Positions 24,560 to 37,492 of a stretch of DNA of 43,413 nt are shown one piece after another. The notes below the pieces were generated by a model, which was not told the DNA's origin, did not search any database, and was given only the letters and a program-made list of their open reading frames with translations. The first letter of the stretch is position 1. The number at the start of each line of letters is the position of its first letter. This stretch comes from Octopus bimaculoides (taxonomy: Eukaryota), in assembly GCF_001194135.2 (NCBI RefSeq), contig NC_069001.1, forward strand, positions 27,643,113 through 27,686,525. Reading direction: 5' to 3'. A program made the position numbers and the translations under genes.

Positions 24560-25520
24560 AAATTTAACAACACAAAGCGTGGAATTATGAATCTTGAACA
24601 CATCTATGTCTAACATAACCAGAATAAAATCTATAATAAATGGAAAATTACATCGATTACTACAATCTGTTGTCACTAAACCCTATTTGAGAACTGGACC
24701 ACACAAAAATATATAAACATTTATGGCCAATAAATCTTCACTGATCTGCGAATTAATGACAGTTACTGAGCTATTGACACATAAACAACCATATTTCGCT
24801 TGTAAGTTCCATATAGCTAATTTCCTCAATAAACATCTATTAGGATAATTAATCTGGCAACTACTGATATAAGGAAGAACAGTAAATATTTGCTACATTA
24901 TCCGATTCCAAATATCAAAGCGATAACACTTTTGTCACTACGGTTCAAATACAGAATCTATCATTGAATGGTTCAACTTTCTTCCCAATAAACGCAACTC
25001 TAAATAACTAGACATGATATTAAAGACTACTACACTTCCACACTAAAATCGTACAGGGTAAATTATTTCTCTTTGCCAGAAATACTACTACAACAGAAAA
25101 TTAGAAAAGTGAATTTATTTTACATAGACATATACATCTTACAATCAATGGAATATTAATCAGTGTTTAAAAATTATTTGCCTCAGACTGGGTAGATATG
25201 CCATATACTCTTGGTATATTTCTGTTGCTTAAATGAAAGCCAAAATTTTCCTTTAATGAATAATGTCTACGTTGAAAGTATTGACTTTCATCAATCTATA
25301 ATGTCAGTCCACATCACGCCATTTACTTTTACGTCTTTTGTCTGAAATTTAAACCTCCACATAAACTAAAAACTCTACAATTATTTTCGTTCACATCTTT
25401 CTCAACGAAGATAACTGATAACTAAGCACTGCTAAGACTAATCCATAAATTACATACATAATCAACATAGTCTCTCTCAAGAATAAATCCAAAAGACTAG
25501 TTAACAATATTCCCCTAAAT
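24560..25520 (+). mobile_element. Penelope-like element relic (RT region), highly degenerate
   Basis: YFACKFHIANFLNKH / RIINLATTDIRKNSKYLL (24842-) / NTESIIEWFNFLPNKRNSK (24950-) / DIKDYYTS (25016-) / ITYIIN...RLVNNI. Matches PLE RT motifs LKDHKxNFxNxPTCRLINP, VIxWFxxIxNK and FDIxDFYPSI. Confidence 0.7.
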
Positions 25521-25959
25521 CATTCTACATCTATTTTATATATATATATATATATAATATAATTTTTTCTACATTTTTATAACTTAAGGCAAAAAATATG
25601 TGATATAAAAAATATATATCCTTTTGAAAGCTTCGAATATTGATTTCCTAACTCCAACATATCTACATATGTTTTATATATANNNNNNNNNNNNNNNNNN
25701 NNNNNNNNNNNNNNNNNNNNNNNNNNNNNNNNNNNNNNNNNNNNNNNNNNNNNNNNNNNNNNNNNNNNNNNNNNNNNNNNNNNNNNNNNNNNNNNNNNNN
25801 NNNNNNNNNNNNNNNNNNNNNNNNNNNNNNNNNNNNNNNNNNATATATATATATATATATAATTTTAAACGCACTTAACTCGGCATCTTTGTCACTGTGT
25901 GAGTGGGAATAACGTACGAATGGTGTGAGTGGGTGTATTCAACCTTATCATCTTTCCAG

Positions 25960-26046
25960 ATTGATAACCAGGTTTTAAATGTATGTCCTTCTTTATTAAA
26001 AAGTGTTGATACGATGTTGGTAACTTCACATTTTATGAGCAATCAG
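25960..26046 (+). CDS. Candidate internal coding exon of an unidentified gene (87 nt, phase 0-0)
   Basis: Acceptor accttatcatctttccag|, donor CAG|gtaatt, open frame IDNQVLNVCPSLLKSVDTMLVTSHFMSNQ. No homology recognised. Confidence 0.25.
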
Positions 26047-26254
26047 GTAATTTGCTTTTTGGCATTAATTTACGTATTATAATTGTAATGGTTTGCTGAG
26101 GCGAGGTTCACGTTTAAGCTATAGTTAAATATCCCAAGATTATGTTGATATGATAGATCTTTCTTGAAAGAAAATTCAGTCCTGACAATCACTTAAGTTC
26201 TACTTTCATATTCACTGTCCATGTAACAAGTATTAGGGTATGTCATTAAGAAAC

Positions 26255-26285
<31 letters not shown>

Positions 26286-26539
26286 GTCAGATGGTTTAAT
26301 ATGCTACATAACATCTTTCATGCTCGATATTTGTTTGTATATTTAATGCTTATTTGTCTTGTTTTTTTATATAGCATTTTGCTATGTCACAATCGTGTCA
26401 TTGATGGGCACCTATTTTCCATGAACACAGACAGGAAACGTAGTTCCTAAGAGTTAGCGTTTATTATGCCAGGTGTACTATTATAAAAGTGAGAAGCTGT
26501 CCCATATATATTCATTGCAATTATTCAATGTACCTTGCG

Positions 26540-26586
<47 letters not shown>

Positions 26587-27422
26587 TTGGGTTGGCAATT
26601 TTTATTTTATATCCTAAGCTGCACGTCCTTCCGTATATATCCATCATATAGGAGCACTGTGGAAAATGGGAATAAAAGGCAGTAGCCGACAAGAAGTATA
26701 GGAGATTTTATGCGCGCAGGGGGAGGCATTTGCACTTATTATATTAAAAGGACACCCTCTCTCTCTCATACAGACACACACAAACACACACACACATATT
26801 ATTTGCGGGTCACGAGCTCCAAAATTTTGGCATATTTGGAAAGTGGACAATCATATACATGCATGCATATGTACACACATCCACAGATATACATACATAT
26901 TTGTATGTGGAGGTTAAGCATGCATTTAATATCGAATACTTGCCACGGATGACGGGTACAATCACAGAAATCATGATTTAGCATTTCTACCTTTCTGCAC
27001 TTTTTAGCACCACATGTCTATATGTCAAGCTGTCGCAAAAAGATTTCTACAGTTATATATAGAATAGTATTAGAAATGAAAGATAGACAAAGAGAATTCG
27101 GTGTGTAATTACATAACATTCTTCTTTCCACTATTTCATAATCTGCGAATAGATTTACACTTACTTTTATATAATATAATATATACATTTTCTCACACAA
27201 GTGACCTCGTGGCATATCTTTTTACATTATTTACATTACATGAAAATGTAATAGTTAATACAATCGTGGATTATATTATATGTGAGAAAAATCCTACAGC
27301 ATAGTTCACTTATAGTTTTTTTTGTTCTGTATGTGAATCCTTTTATCAGATATTACTAGTCTAGATATGCCATTACTTTACTAACATCACACTTTCACTT
27401 CTGCTATCGGAGACAAATATCA

Positions 27423-27605
27423 GATATTTGCAAGGAATTCGAAGCATTTTATCCTTCACTAATCTACACACTATCTGCATATATTGTCGTAATGCCGTTC
27501 TGAGGTAGCTCTTTCGATCGCTGTACATTAACTTTCACTCGAATGAATGACAGCCTGCGGTTACTCATAGCAGAACTGCAATTATCACATCTTCGGATCG
27601 AATGA
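27423..27605 (+). pseudogene. Possible hAT transposase C-terminal dimerisation-domain relic
   Basis: DICKEFEAFYPSLIYTLSAYIVVMPF*GSSFDRCTLTFTRMNDSLRLLIAELQLSHLRIE loosely follows YPxL...IPxxxAxxERxFSxMxRIKTxLRxxLxxxxLSxL. Weak. Confidence 0.2.
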
Positions 27606-30600
27606 TAATGGCATTTTTCTTTTGTTACAACTTTGGCTGTCTCCCATCTATAAGAATATTAATACCATGGTATTGCATATTTTACCATCCTCATATATAT
27701 TACGCCAGTTTCAATGCCAGCTGTGTGAATTTAACATTAGTATATGATAAATTTCCCCTAGAACATTATGCATAGGTTGATAAATATCCATACACCTATA
27801 AACTATATCTAATATATTTCCCATGTGCAAATTTGCGTATGTTCTATAATTAATTTAACTGTATGAATACGTGTACATACTTGCCTTAATTCAGCGTACA
27901 TAATTAAACCGGCTTAGTAGCGACAGCATTACCTGTGTAGTTATTCAATGAAAAGGTGAACTAAAAAATACGTACGAATTTTATCGTTACTTCTGAAGCT
28001 TAAAGCAATAATTTTATCTCGGCGTATAATGTTTGTTTGGTCCTAACTAGACAGATCCGATTGAAAAGTAAGGCTGTTTGCCAAGGACACGATGCAGCTA
28101 CAATGTAAAAACAGAATATCTTGGCATTATAACACATAGAATCCATTATATATGCCCCGTGATATGTGATAAATGAAAAGTATCTATAATACATATTATG
28201 TAATTCATATTTTCTATATCATGATAATATTGTCAATCACTCGACAAGTTCTATTTTTCCATCCGAAAATCGAAATAGTTATCGAAACTATAATACCTAC
28301 CAACTCATCATAATATAAAATAGTAAATACATGCATGTTTTCAAATGGTAATATATCAAATATATTTAATAACTTGTATTTATGGTTTAGGAATACAATT
28401 AAAAGCTTACTGGCATTTTCATAAAAATATTAAACTTATGCAACGATCGTAAAACTGAAACGAGAGCGAAATTTGTATTATAAGATTGGCAGAAAATCTG
28501 AAATCCGTACTTGAAAAACATAGCGAACTACAAAACTCTCCTATAAACAAAATTAATTACTTGATAATCTGCTGGAAATACAAACTTTTGAAGATTATAT
28601 TTTCATAACTGTTTTCTATCACTGTACTCATAAACACGACAATTGATGTTGTTAAAATACTTTATATAACCGAAATATTTTCTTTTTTGTATTTGTTTCG
28701 TATTCAATACAATTCCATCAAGGACATCGGTAAACCAAATAACTAAATTATTTGTATTTATAGAAAGATTCAACATTATAATGAGCGTGTCTCTTGAAGT
28801 TCTGAACTTGAGTAAATGTCAGAGACTCTCTCTTATTCATAGAATAAAATAGACGTTTCGCTAAGACGCATTCGTTGAGCAGTCAGATGCTGTAGCTTGC
28901 ACGTTGATTCTCGAACACTAGACGTAATATTATGCATACTTATTCTAATAATGAGAATGTAGATCTTTATAGCAATTAGGACATTATCTGTCTAAACACA
29001 TCAAGATCTTCAGTCATATACCCTCGCAGTAAGACTGAGCGAACACGTCAAGCTACCAGAAACTGTCGCATCATTAGTGATAAATAATGCACCAAGTGCC
29101 AGGAAAGCGAAGAATACATATTATATAATGTTATCCTCAATGAAATGTGTCAAAGATATATTAATTGGCTTCTCAACACCAATTCGACACATGCAGCAGT
29201 GATAAATGATAGCGGCAGTGCATATTTACAACAGTCTAACAATTATTCCTTCTATTCAGCAAATCAATCTTTGTGTCTCTTCCCGAGCTTACACAAGTAT
29301 CTTATTTGCGCTAAATATTCCAACTATAAAACTATAACTAACCACCCAACTAAAATCTATAAGAATATCAGAAAATAATTTGATCTTGGATATATGAAAG
29401 CGCATCAGGTATGGCTTTCCCTTCTTCTAAAAAGTATACTTTAATCCTTACGACTGCAATGGACAAGCTTCTAAGAGGGAAGAAAATAGGAAGCGACTTG
29501 TTTTTACCATTACTTGTATAGAAGAAATCTGATATTTAAGGATATTCTTATCAATATTTATTACCAATTCCATAAGGAGATAACAGTAAGCTGAAAAAAG
29601 ACCGATTCTAAAGAACACTATCAATCTCATGAAAAAAAAAATCTACCGACGAATATGGTTCTATTTAAGGTAAAATATATACTGAAAGTGTTTCTCCGGG
29701 ATTACTGCGATAGAAACTTGGACATCATAGTTGTAGAGTCATGCTACAATCTGGAAAGGATTCCTTAAATTGTATTCCCCAATTATGCAGGTTAGTTATA
29801 AATGCATGGATATGCTAAAGTACCAAGGGATATAGTCCAACGCATAAACAATAGTATTTAATATGGTCTATTTACCACTTTATTTGAAACGCATGAAGAA
29901 TCACATTGAGGTTGTCAGAATGAAATAGAGGTGCGGTTTCTCAGCAATGTTAATTATACTACTACACAGCTCTTTCTCTTTTATATTTTAAAGAAAATTT
30001 GAAGTCAATATGATTTGCTCTATATGAAAGCTTAGAGGTTTATACTAAACCTATTTTTCTTAAGTAAAACATTCCCAAATGATACTCTAATGGATATTAG
30101 CCAAGATAAATGTTCCTGCCACAATGTTGCCACTACTTGTACAAACAAAACATCAAGCTAGCCTGACAACATTAGTGTCAATGGACTGACTATTTCTGAG
30201 ACATCAAACATTAATGCTAGGCAATTAAGGATAGATGAACAATAGAAAGCGATGGCACTTGAAACATGAGGAACCCGTAGCTAGGGAATGTTGCACGCGG
30301 TTAAACAATTATTTTCCTCAGAGCACTCTGTATACGATAAACCAGTGGACCTTAGTGTTGTTAAAAATGGGAAAAGGCTGACTAACATCAGGAATTTCAG
30401 CGTAGAAGCTGAAATGAAAAGTTAAAGGCCGCAGATGACTGTTGTTTCAAAAGGACGCTGAACGCAATGTTATATCCATTTGAGAGTCTCTTATAAGCAT
30501 TTCGCGTTAATGTGCATCGATGGAGCAAGTACACATATGGTAAATAGCATCATGTAATTAGGAAAGGAACACTTTGAAAAGTTTTCCCCGATTCATACTA

Positions 30601-31152
30601 AAAATTTGACATACAGAAAAAGTAAAGCATAAAATTTTATTGTTCTATAGTTCACCTCCCGTAGGTGTGTCGAACATAAACCGACAAATACTACTTAGGA
30701 ATTATAGCACTTTGTGTTACGTGTAATTTACAGCTATAATTGTTTATATCTATAATTTATATTTACAATTATTGTAATTTAGATCTAAAAATATTGTAGC
30801 ATTCGAATATGTAACTTAAGGATTCTGAAGACATTTTTAGAAATAGATTTAAAATAACTTTGAGGCTTCAAGTAAGTTCAATTAATGAACTGTCAGAATG
30901 TGTAGATTATTTCGGAATATTAGAATAAAATGTGCTGTGTACACGTGCATAGGTATATAGATGCATGCATTTATACCCGTACAGACGTCGAAACACAAAG
31001 ATTCACACATGTTCTGATACGCAACAGCTATAACCATGAATGTCATATAACAGAAATGATTTACTGGGTTGTTTGAGGAGTTCATTGTTTCTCATTCGGT
31101 GAGAATGGTCTGAAATAATACCAAAATAACGTATATAAAGACGTGCGTATGC

Positions 31153-31261
<109 letters not shown>

Positions 31262-33271
31262 TGTGAATGTATGCATGTGTGTATATCAAATTGTTTTGTA
31301 TATATTTTACATATCAATATTTTCTCTTTACAGTTGCAGGTGTCGCAAACTTTAAGTCGACACCTGGTGAGTATTAAAGAAATGTGAAATTTATGAAGCA
31401 TACCATGATAGAATAATTGCTAAATTGTTTCTCTAATCGTTTTTATATAACTTATGACATCATTCCATCGTGTAGCCGAACTCAAATAGCAGCCATTATG
31501 GAATAATCACTCTATATATCTGGTAATGCGTTTAATTATCTCAAACCATAATGATATATGCGTTTCATACGATATTTGTTCATTAAATTTTACTTCGAGA
31601 CAAGTTATACTAGAAATATCTCATGTGCATAAGTTATGAAAACATACAAAAAACAAAAAAAAAACCTAAATGGTAGCTGAACACAAGAGGTAAAGCGATT
31701 GCCTCCTCAAACACTTCGATTTTAGTTAAATGGAAATAATAAAATTCTTTTCTAAAGGTAGAATATATTTAACTAGCGGTGTTTAATATATACAGAGAAT
31801 ATTTATAAATTCCAGATAATTGATATTGGGAGAAATCCAAATATTCTCTCTTCAACTGGGTGTACTATTCGCTGGGTAAAATTTCCTCAGAAGTGACATG
31901 ATTCAAAACATGACTTCGATTTCTTATATGCTTAGCAGTTCGTTAAACCGAATATACAGAAAGCTTCATCCACGTTCACAAAATTTCATCTACCCAAAGA
32001 TTTAACTAACATATGCACTTCTCGGTGTACAATATAACTAACTAAATCAGATGTGTATGGGTGATAATTAGGAGGTTAGCAAGCATAAGAGAAGATACAA
32101 ATGCAATTGTTCGCAATATGAAAAGAATGATATAGGTTAAAAGAAATTAGTAAAAAAATAGTTAAATCTGTTTCGTGTCATCGCCAAGTAGTGAAGCGGG
32201 CCGTTTATCGATGCCACTTCTTGTTGTGAATTAGCCCGTAGTAGTAGTAGGGAATTACCTATAAAAAGAATAAGAATGCCGCGAAACCAGGCACATCCAT
32301 TTGTTTAGAGACAAGTAGCACATCGTATGTTGTCTGAAACACAAGATAAACTTCTTGACGAATATTATGGTATAACAGATAACATGTATCGAAGTTGAGT
32401 TGAGAGTCTTTACTACATCCGTAATAAGGCAGATTGTGTCCAACCTGGTTGAGTTAATGAATAAACACAGGCAGAAATATTAAAATATAGAGTTTATATA
32501 TGTACTCTACCGGAATCATATTGATAAAAGTTGCGACATACAATAAATGTAGAAAAAAATCGTATTGACACACTGTTCTTTTCGCGGCTATGTAACAGAT
32601 ATATAGAACTATATATATAGCAAAAAAGAAAACAGCCGAGACATAATATAAAATTTAATATAAATAACATCAACCCTTCCATGCCACTACCGTAGACACA
32701 GGGCCACAATTACCTTCCGCCACAACCACCACCGACAACGACTTTATATGTCTATATGGGTGTATTTGTTAGTGCAACACTTTGACTGTCCGTGTGAATG
32801 CATCTGTGTAAGAGATCGAAGGACAAAATGACAATTAGGTACATAATATGTATACATTATACACATACATGCATGCATGCATGCAACCAAGGTACGTGTA
32901 AACAGCGGATGAAATGATTCTTAAAACCTGGACAACAGAAGTAAACAGGAGTCCATCAGTGGCGAATTGAAGAGAAACTTACTGGAATTATAACCATCCT
33001 ACATATTTTTGTTGTTCACATTATCATAATTGTATTAGGCTACATTTGTATAGAAATCTAGAAAGACTCGGGCTCTCGCAAAATGTACGGAGCAAACTGA
33101 TTCGCTTTCTCCAGATACACTCGATTAGAAGGACAGAAAAATACGTTAGGCTTTTTGCTATTATGTGAATCACTATTTGAGGCGTCGAGGTGAACATATG
33201 CGCACAACCACGTACAGATATGGGATACTTATACGTTGCATGTATATGTATTCGATGTGTGTGTGTGTGTG

Positions 33272-33324
<53 letters not shown>

Positions 33325-33396
33325 TGCGCGTGGTGGGGTATGAATATGTGTGTTTGTGAAGGTGTATGGTTTTTGGATGGGTGTTACAGTCACGCC

Positions 33397-33525
33397 TCAT
33401 CATCGTCGTCGTCATCATCGTCGCGTCATTGTCATCGTCGTCATCGCCATCATCATGGTCAACATCATCATCTTCATAATTATCATCACCATCATCATCG
33501 TCATCATCATCATCATATACTTTTC

Positions 33526-33562
<37 letters not shown>
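33397..33562. repeat. Degenerate (CAT/CGT)n followed by (TAT)n trinucleotide repeats
   Basis: Direct inspection; these explain the poly-His/Ser/Tyr ORFs in the track. Confidence 0.95.
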
Positions 33563-34102
33563 GAGTATTATTTTTGCCTTATTCGTAAGAAACTAATATA
33601 AGTACAGACACATGAGTTATTCTCCAATTTTTGGTCCTATTGTATCTAAAGATATGTATGTCCATAGAAGGTGTAATAAACTTACTTTTTCCCCAAAGGG
33701 TTATAACGCTTTCAACACGGATGTCGTAAAGACAATCGTATTTATTTTATTGATCTGACTTAACAATTACAATGATATATTAAATGATGGTAATGATATG
33801 CAAATTGTATTCTGCTTTCGCACTCTTGAGAAACAATGTTAAACCGCTTAAATACGTCATTAGATAAAAGTAAAATTAGCAATTAGAATTGTAAATGAAA
33901 GAGAGAATTGTCCGCAAATTAAATTTATTTCGGGAAAGAAAATTCCTTTCCTCTCATTCTTGATAAGATTGGAATAAATAAAACAATTGTAAATCGAGAA
34001 TAATAGAAAAAGTACACTGCTGATGGCAATCAATATTCACAAATACATACACACACACACACGTATGTGTGTATATATTATGTATGTTTATGTATATGTA
34101 TG

Positions 34103-34140
<38 letters not shown>

Positions 34141-34770
34141 NNNNNNNNNNNNNNNNNNNNNNNNNNNNNNNNNNNNNNNNNNNNNNNNNNNNNNNNNNNN
34201 NNNNNNNNNNNNNNNNNNNNNNNNNNNNNNNNNNNNNNNNNNNNNNNNNNNNNNNNNNNNNNNNNNNNNNNNNNNNNNNNNNNNNNNNNNNNNNNNNNNN
34301 NNNNNNNNNNNNNNNNNNNNNNNNNNNNNNNNNNNNNNNNNNNNNNNNNNNNNNNNNNNNNNNNNNNNNNNNNNNNNNNNNNNNNNNNNNNNNNNNNNNN
34401 NNNNNNNNNNNNNNNNNNNNNNNNNNNNNNNNNNNNNNNNNNNNNNNNNNNNNNNNNNNNNNNNNNNNNNNNNNNNNNNNNNNNNNNNNNNNNNNNNNNN
34501 NNNNNNNNNNNNNNNNNNNNNNNNNNNNNNNNNNNNNNNNNNNNNNNNNNNNNNNNNNNNNNNNNNNNNNNNNNNNNNNNNNNNNNNNNNNNNNNNNNNN
34601 NNNNNNNNNNNNNNNNNNNNNNNNNNNNNNNNNNNNNNNNNNNNNNNNNNNNNNNNNNNNNNNNNNNNNNNNNNNNNNNNNNNNNNNNNNNNNNNNNNNN
34701 NNNNNNNNNNNNNNNNNNNNNNNNNNNNNNNNNNNNNNNNNNNNNNNNNNNNNNNNNNNNNNNNNNNNNN

Positions 34771-34897
34771 ATATATATATAGATGTATATATATATATAT
34801 ATAGATGTATATATATATATATATAGATGTATATATATATATATATAGATGTATATATATATATATAGATGTATATATATATATATAGATGTATATA
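34771..34897. repeat. ~22-bp minisatellite GATG(TA)n, about 5 units, adjacent to a gap
   Basis: atagatgtatatatatatatat repeated with variable TA number. Confidence 0.9.
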
Positions 34898-35130
34898 TTT
34901 ATTATATATATTATTTATTTATTTATATATGAATAGGTATGTACATATGCATATATGTATATATGTATATATATATGCATACATACAAGCATATATATAC
35001 ACAGAGAGAAAGAGAGAGAGAGGGAGGTGGGATATAGACAGAGGCGGTCTATCGAGATAGACAGACAGACAGACAGACTGATAGATAGCAGTTATAATAG
35101 CACTGGTGGTATATGTGATAGTTTTCTTAG

Positions 35131-35160
<30 letters not shown>

Positions 35161-35162
<2 letters not shown>

Positions 35163-35343
35163 GGCAGTGAGGTGGCAGTATCGTTAGCACGTTGGGCGAA
35201 ATGCTTGGCGGTATTTCGCCCATCGCTCCGTTCTGAGTTCAAATTCCGCCGAGGTCGACTTTACCTTTCATTCTTTCGGAGTCGATGTTATCGACTCATC
35301 CCCTTCCACAAAATTGATACCCTTGTACCAAAATTTGAAACCA
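35161..35343 (+). mobile_element. tRNA-derived SINE, family A, with internal ~32-nt deletion
   Basis: aaggcagtgaggtggcagtatcgttagcacgttgggcgaaatgctt...ctgagttcaaattccgccgaggtcgac. Lacks the segment between the two gtcgat motifs that the 39697 copy has. Flanked by (ATT)n. Confidence 0.85.
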
Positions 35344-36021
35344 TTATTATTACAAAATATAAGATGGCAATGCTCCCTCACATATTGGAGTGGTTTCAAG
35401 TGATTTAAGATTATATCGAGGAGCGCAGGAATGTTATCCCCTCAAACGACATGAAATAGTTAGTTCACAGTACAATGTATTTCCAATTCAGATATATTTC
35501 GAACAATGGAGACGTCATCTCAGACAGTCGCATTTACACTTACATCTATCTTCCCCTTCCTGGCAACCCAAATAATTATTTCATCCTAAATTATATAATG
35601 AACATATATACGTATATATAGGCGTGTGTATATGTATATATATATATATATATANNNNNNNNNNNNNNNNNNNNNNNNNNNNNNNNNNNNNNNNNNNNNN
35701 NNNNNNNNNNNNNNNNNNNNNNNNNNNNNNNNNNNNNNNNNNNNNNNNNNNNNNATGTATATGTATATATATATATATACACACACATTCACACACACAC
35801 ACACACATATATACACACATACATACATATATATGTGTGGAGAGAAGCTTGCTTCCCAACTACACTGTTCCTGGTCTAGTTGAGTAACACCGAGTGGTAC
35901 TTTGGGCAAGTTTCTTCTACCATAGCCTCGGGCGAACTAAGCCCTTGTGAGTGGATGTGGTAGACGGAAACTGAAAGAAGCACATCGTACATACATATAT
36001 ATATATTTATATATATATACA

Positions 36022-36261
36022 CACATTATTCACATTATTTTCATTTGACCGATATTTGTCATCTTTTTTGTTGTTAACATAAGGTTTCGGCTGATATACT
36101 CTCCAGCCACCATCAGGTGTCTTGGGGAAATTTCGAACCTGGGTTCTCATTTCTAAGGTATTTTTCGATGTTGTTGTTGTTGTTGTTGTTATTATTCAAG
36201 TCACTACCTGGAATCTTGGGTTTAGTAGCCGCGCTCTTAACCACTGCGCCATATGCCCGTG

Positions 36262-36263
<2 letters not shown>
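36022..36263 (-). mobile_element. Short element: tRNA-like head, (AAT/AAC)n linker, hammerhead-bearing tail
   Basis: Minus strand gggcataTGGCGCAGTGGttaagagcgcggctactaa (A-box at 36251-36241), aataataacaacaac..., then ACAC CTGATGG T GGCTG-gagagtatat-CAGCC GAAA CC TT ATGT (36120-36077), ending in aataatgt repeats. Confidence 0.75.
36077..36120 (-). ncRNA. Degenerate minimal hammerhead ribozyme motif
   Basis: Perfect 5-bp stem II and GAAA. Core CTGATGG has A9 to G; stem III ACCT is not palindromic; stem I ACAC/ATGT has one mismatch. Probably inactive in this copy. Confidence 0.5.
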
Positions 36264-36302
<39 letters not shown>

Positions 36303-37391
36303 TTGTGTGTCAGTGTTTCTCCCCTCACCATCGCTTCACAGCCGCTGGCGGTGTGTTTTCGTCCTCGTTATCTAGCAGTTCGGCAAAGGCGATCGATACA
36401 TTATATACTAGGCTTACAAAGAATAAGTCGTTTCGATTTGTTCGACTAAAGGCAGTGCTCCAGCATAGCCGCAGTCAAATGACTGAAACAAATGAAAGAA
36501 TATATGCATATGGACATACATACGTGTGTGTGTGTGTGTGTGTGTGTTCTTTTGTAAGAGAGTGTTTGTAATTGGTTTACTAAACTTAAACCCTACACTG
36601 CGAATAATTAGTGCATGCAAATATATTATACATACTGTCACACTCAGATACAATAAAGTGACTTAGAGAAATGCAAAGCGTTTATTGTGACATGATTTGC
36701 GACTGGTTATTCACTCGTCAAAGGTTTGCCATACCGCATCTTAAGATATCGAATATTATTTAATAACAATTGCCATCTAAAATTTTTCAGACTAGAAGCT
36801 TGCTGAAGTGGTGAAAGTAATTTGCTTATATTTTACGAGGTGGCGAGAAACTTAAATTTCTAATAAATATCGTACGTGAAAACGGGATATATTAAAAATA
36901 TATATCTTTTATATATTTTGTCTACAGATTACAAGAAATAACTAGTGGAAATTGAACGAGGGTAAATACATGTCGATATAATCTACATAAGTTTTTGCAA
37001 TGTTCGAAGGGAAAAGTGCTTATATTGACTTAGATTCCATGCTGAAGACGAAGCGCATATACGTTATTGCATATTCCAGTTTTTAATATTATGCATAAAA
37101 TATTTATTGAGTATATGTAATTATATATACCTGTGGTCATGTGTGTATGTGTCCGTGTCTATGGGTAAACAATGTCTATGTGTATAATGTTTATTTTATG
37201 AAAATGTTTAATAGAAAACAGTTGGATAATAAATGATAGGAACACTCCACATGTTCTAGTTAGGAATCATATATATATATATACACGCATTATATTTATA
37301 CATATATGTTCATAAGTTACAAATTTAAAAGCTGACAGTGATTTCTAATTATATATTAACTTGCCTCATGACAGCAGCAAGGGAATCTATA

Positions 37392-37437
<46 letters not shown>

Positions 37438-37447
37438 NNNNNNNNNN

Positions 37448-37492
<45 letters not shown>

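Larger units (their letters stand above)
35835..36502 (+). mobile_element. tRNA-derived SINE, family B, split by a nested insertion in its internal (TA)n tract
   Basis: 5' half 35835-36020 (gaagcttgcttcccaac...agacggaaactgaaagaag) and 3' half ~36300-36502 (catcgcttcacagccg...gctccagcatagccgcagtcaaatgactgaaac), colinear with the 17296 copy. Confidence 0.85.

Noticed and set aside
33340-33601. Poly-Ser/His/Leu/Tyr ORFs
   Set aside because: Translations of (CAT)n and (TAT)n microsatellites.
36195-36258. tRNA gene
   Set aside because: Only the 5' half with the A-box is present; no T-arm or acceptor-stem 3' half, so it is a SINE head.
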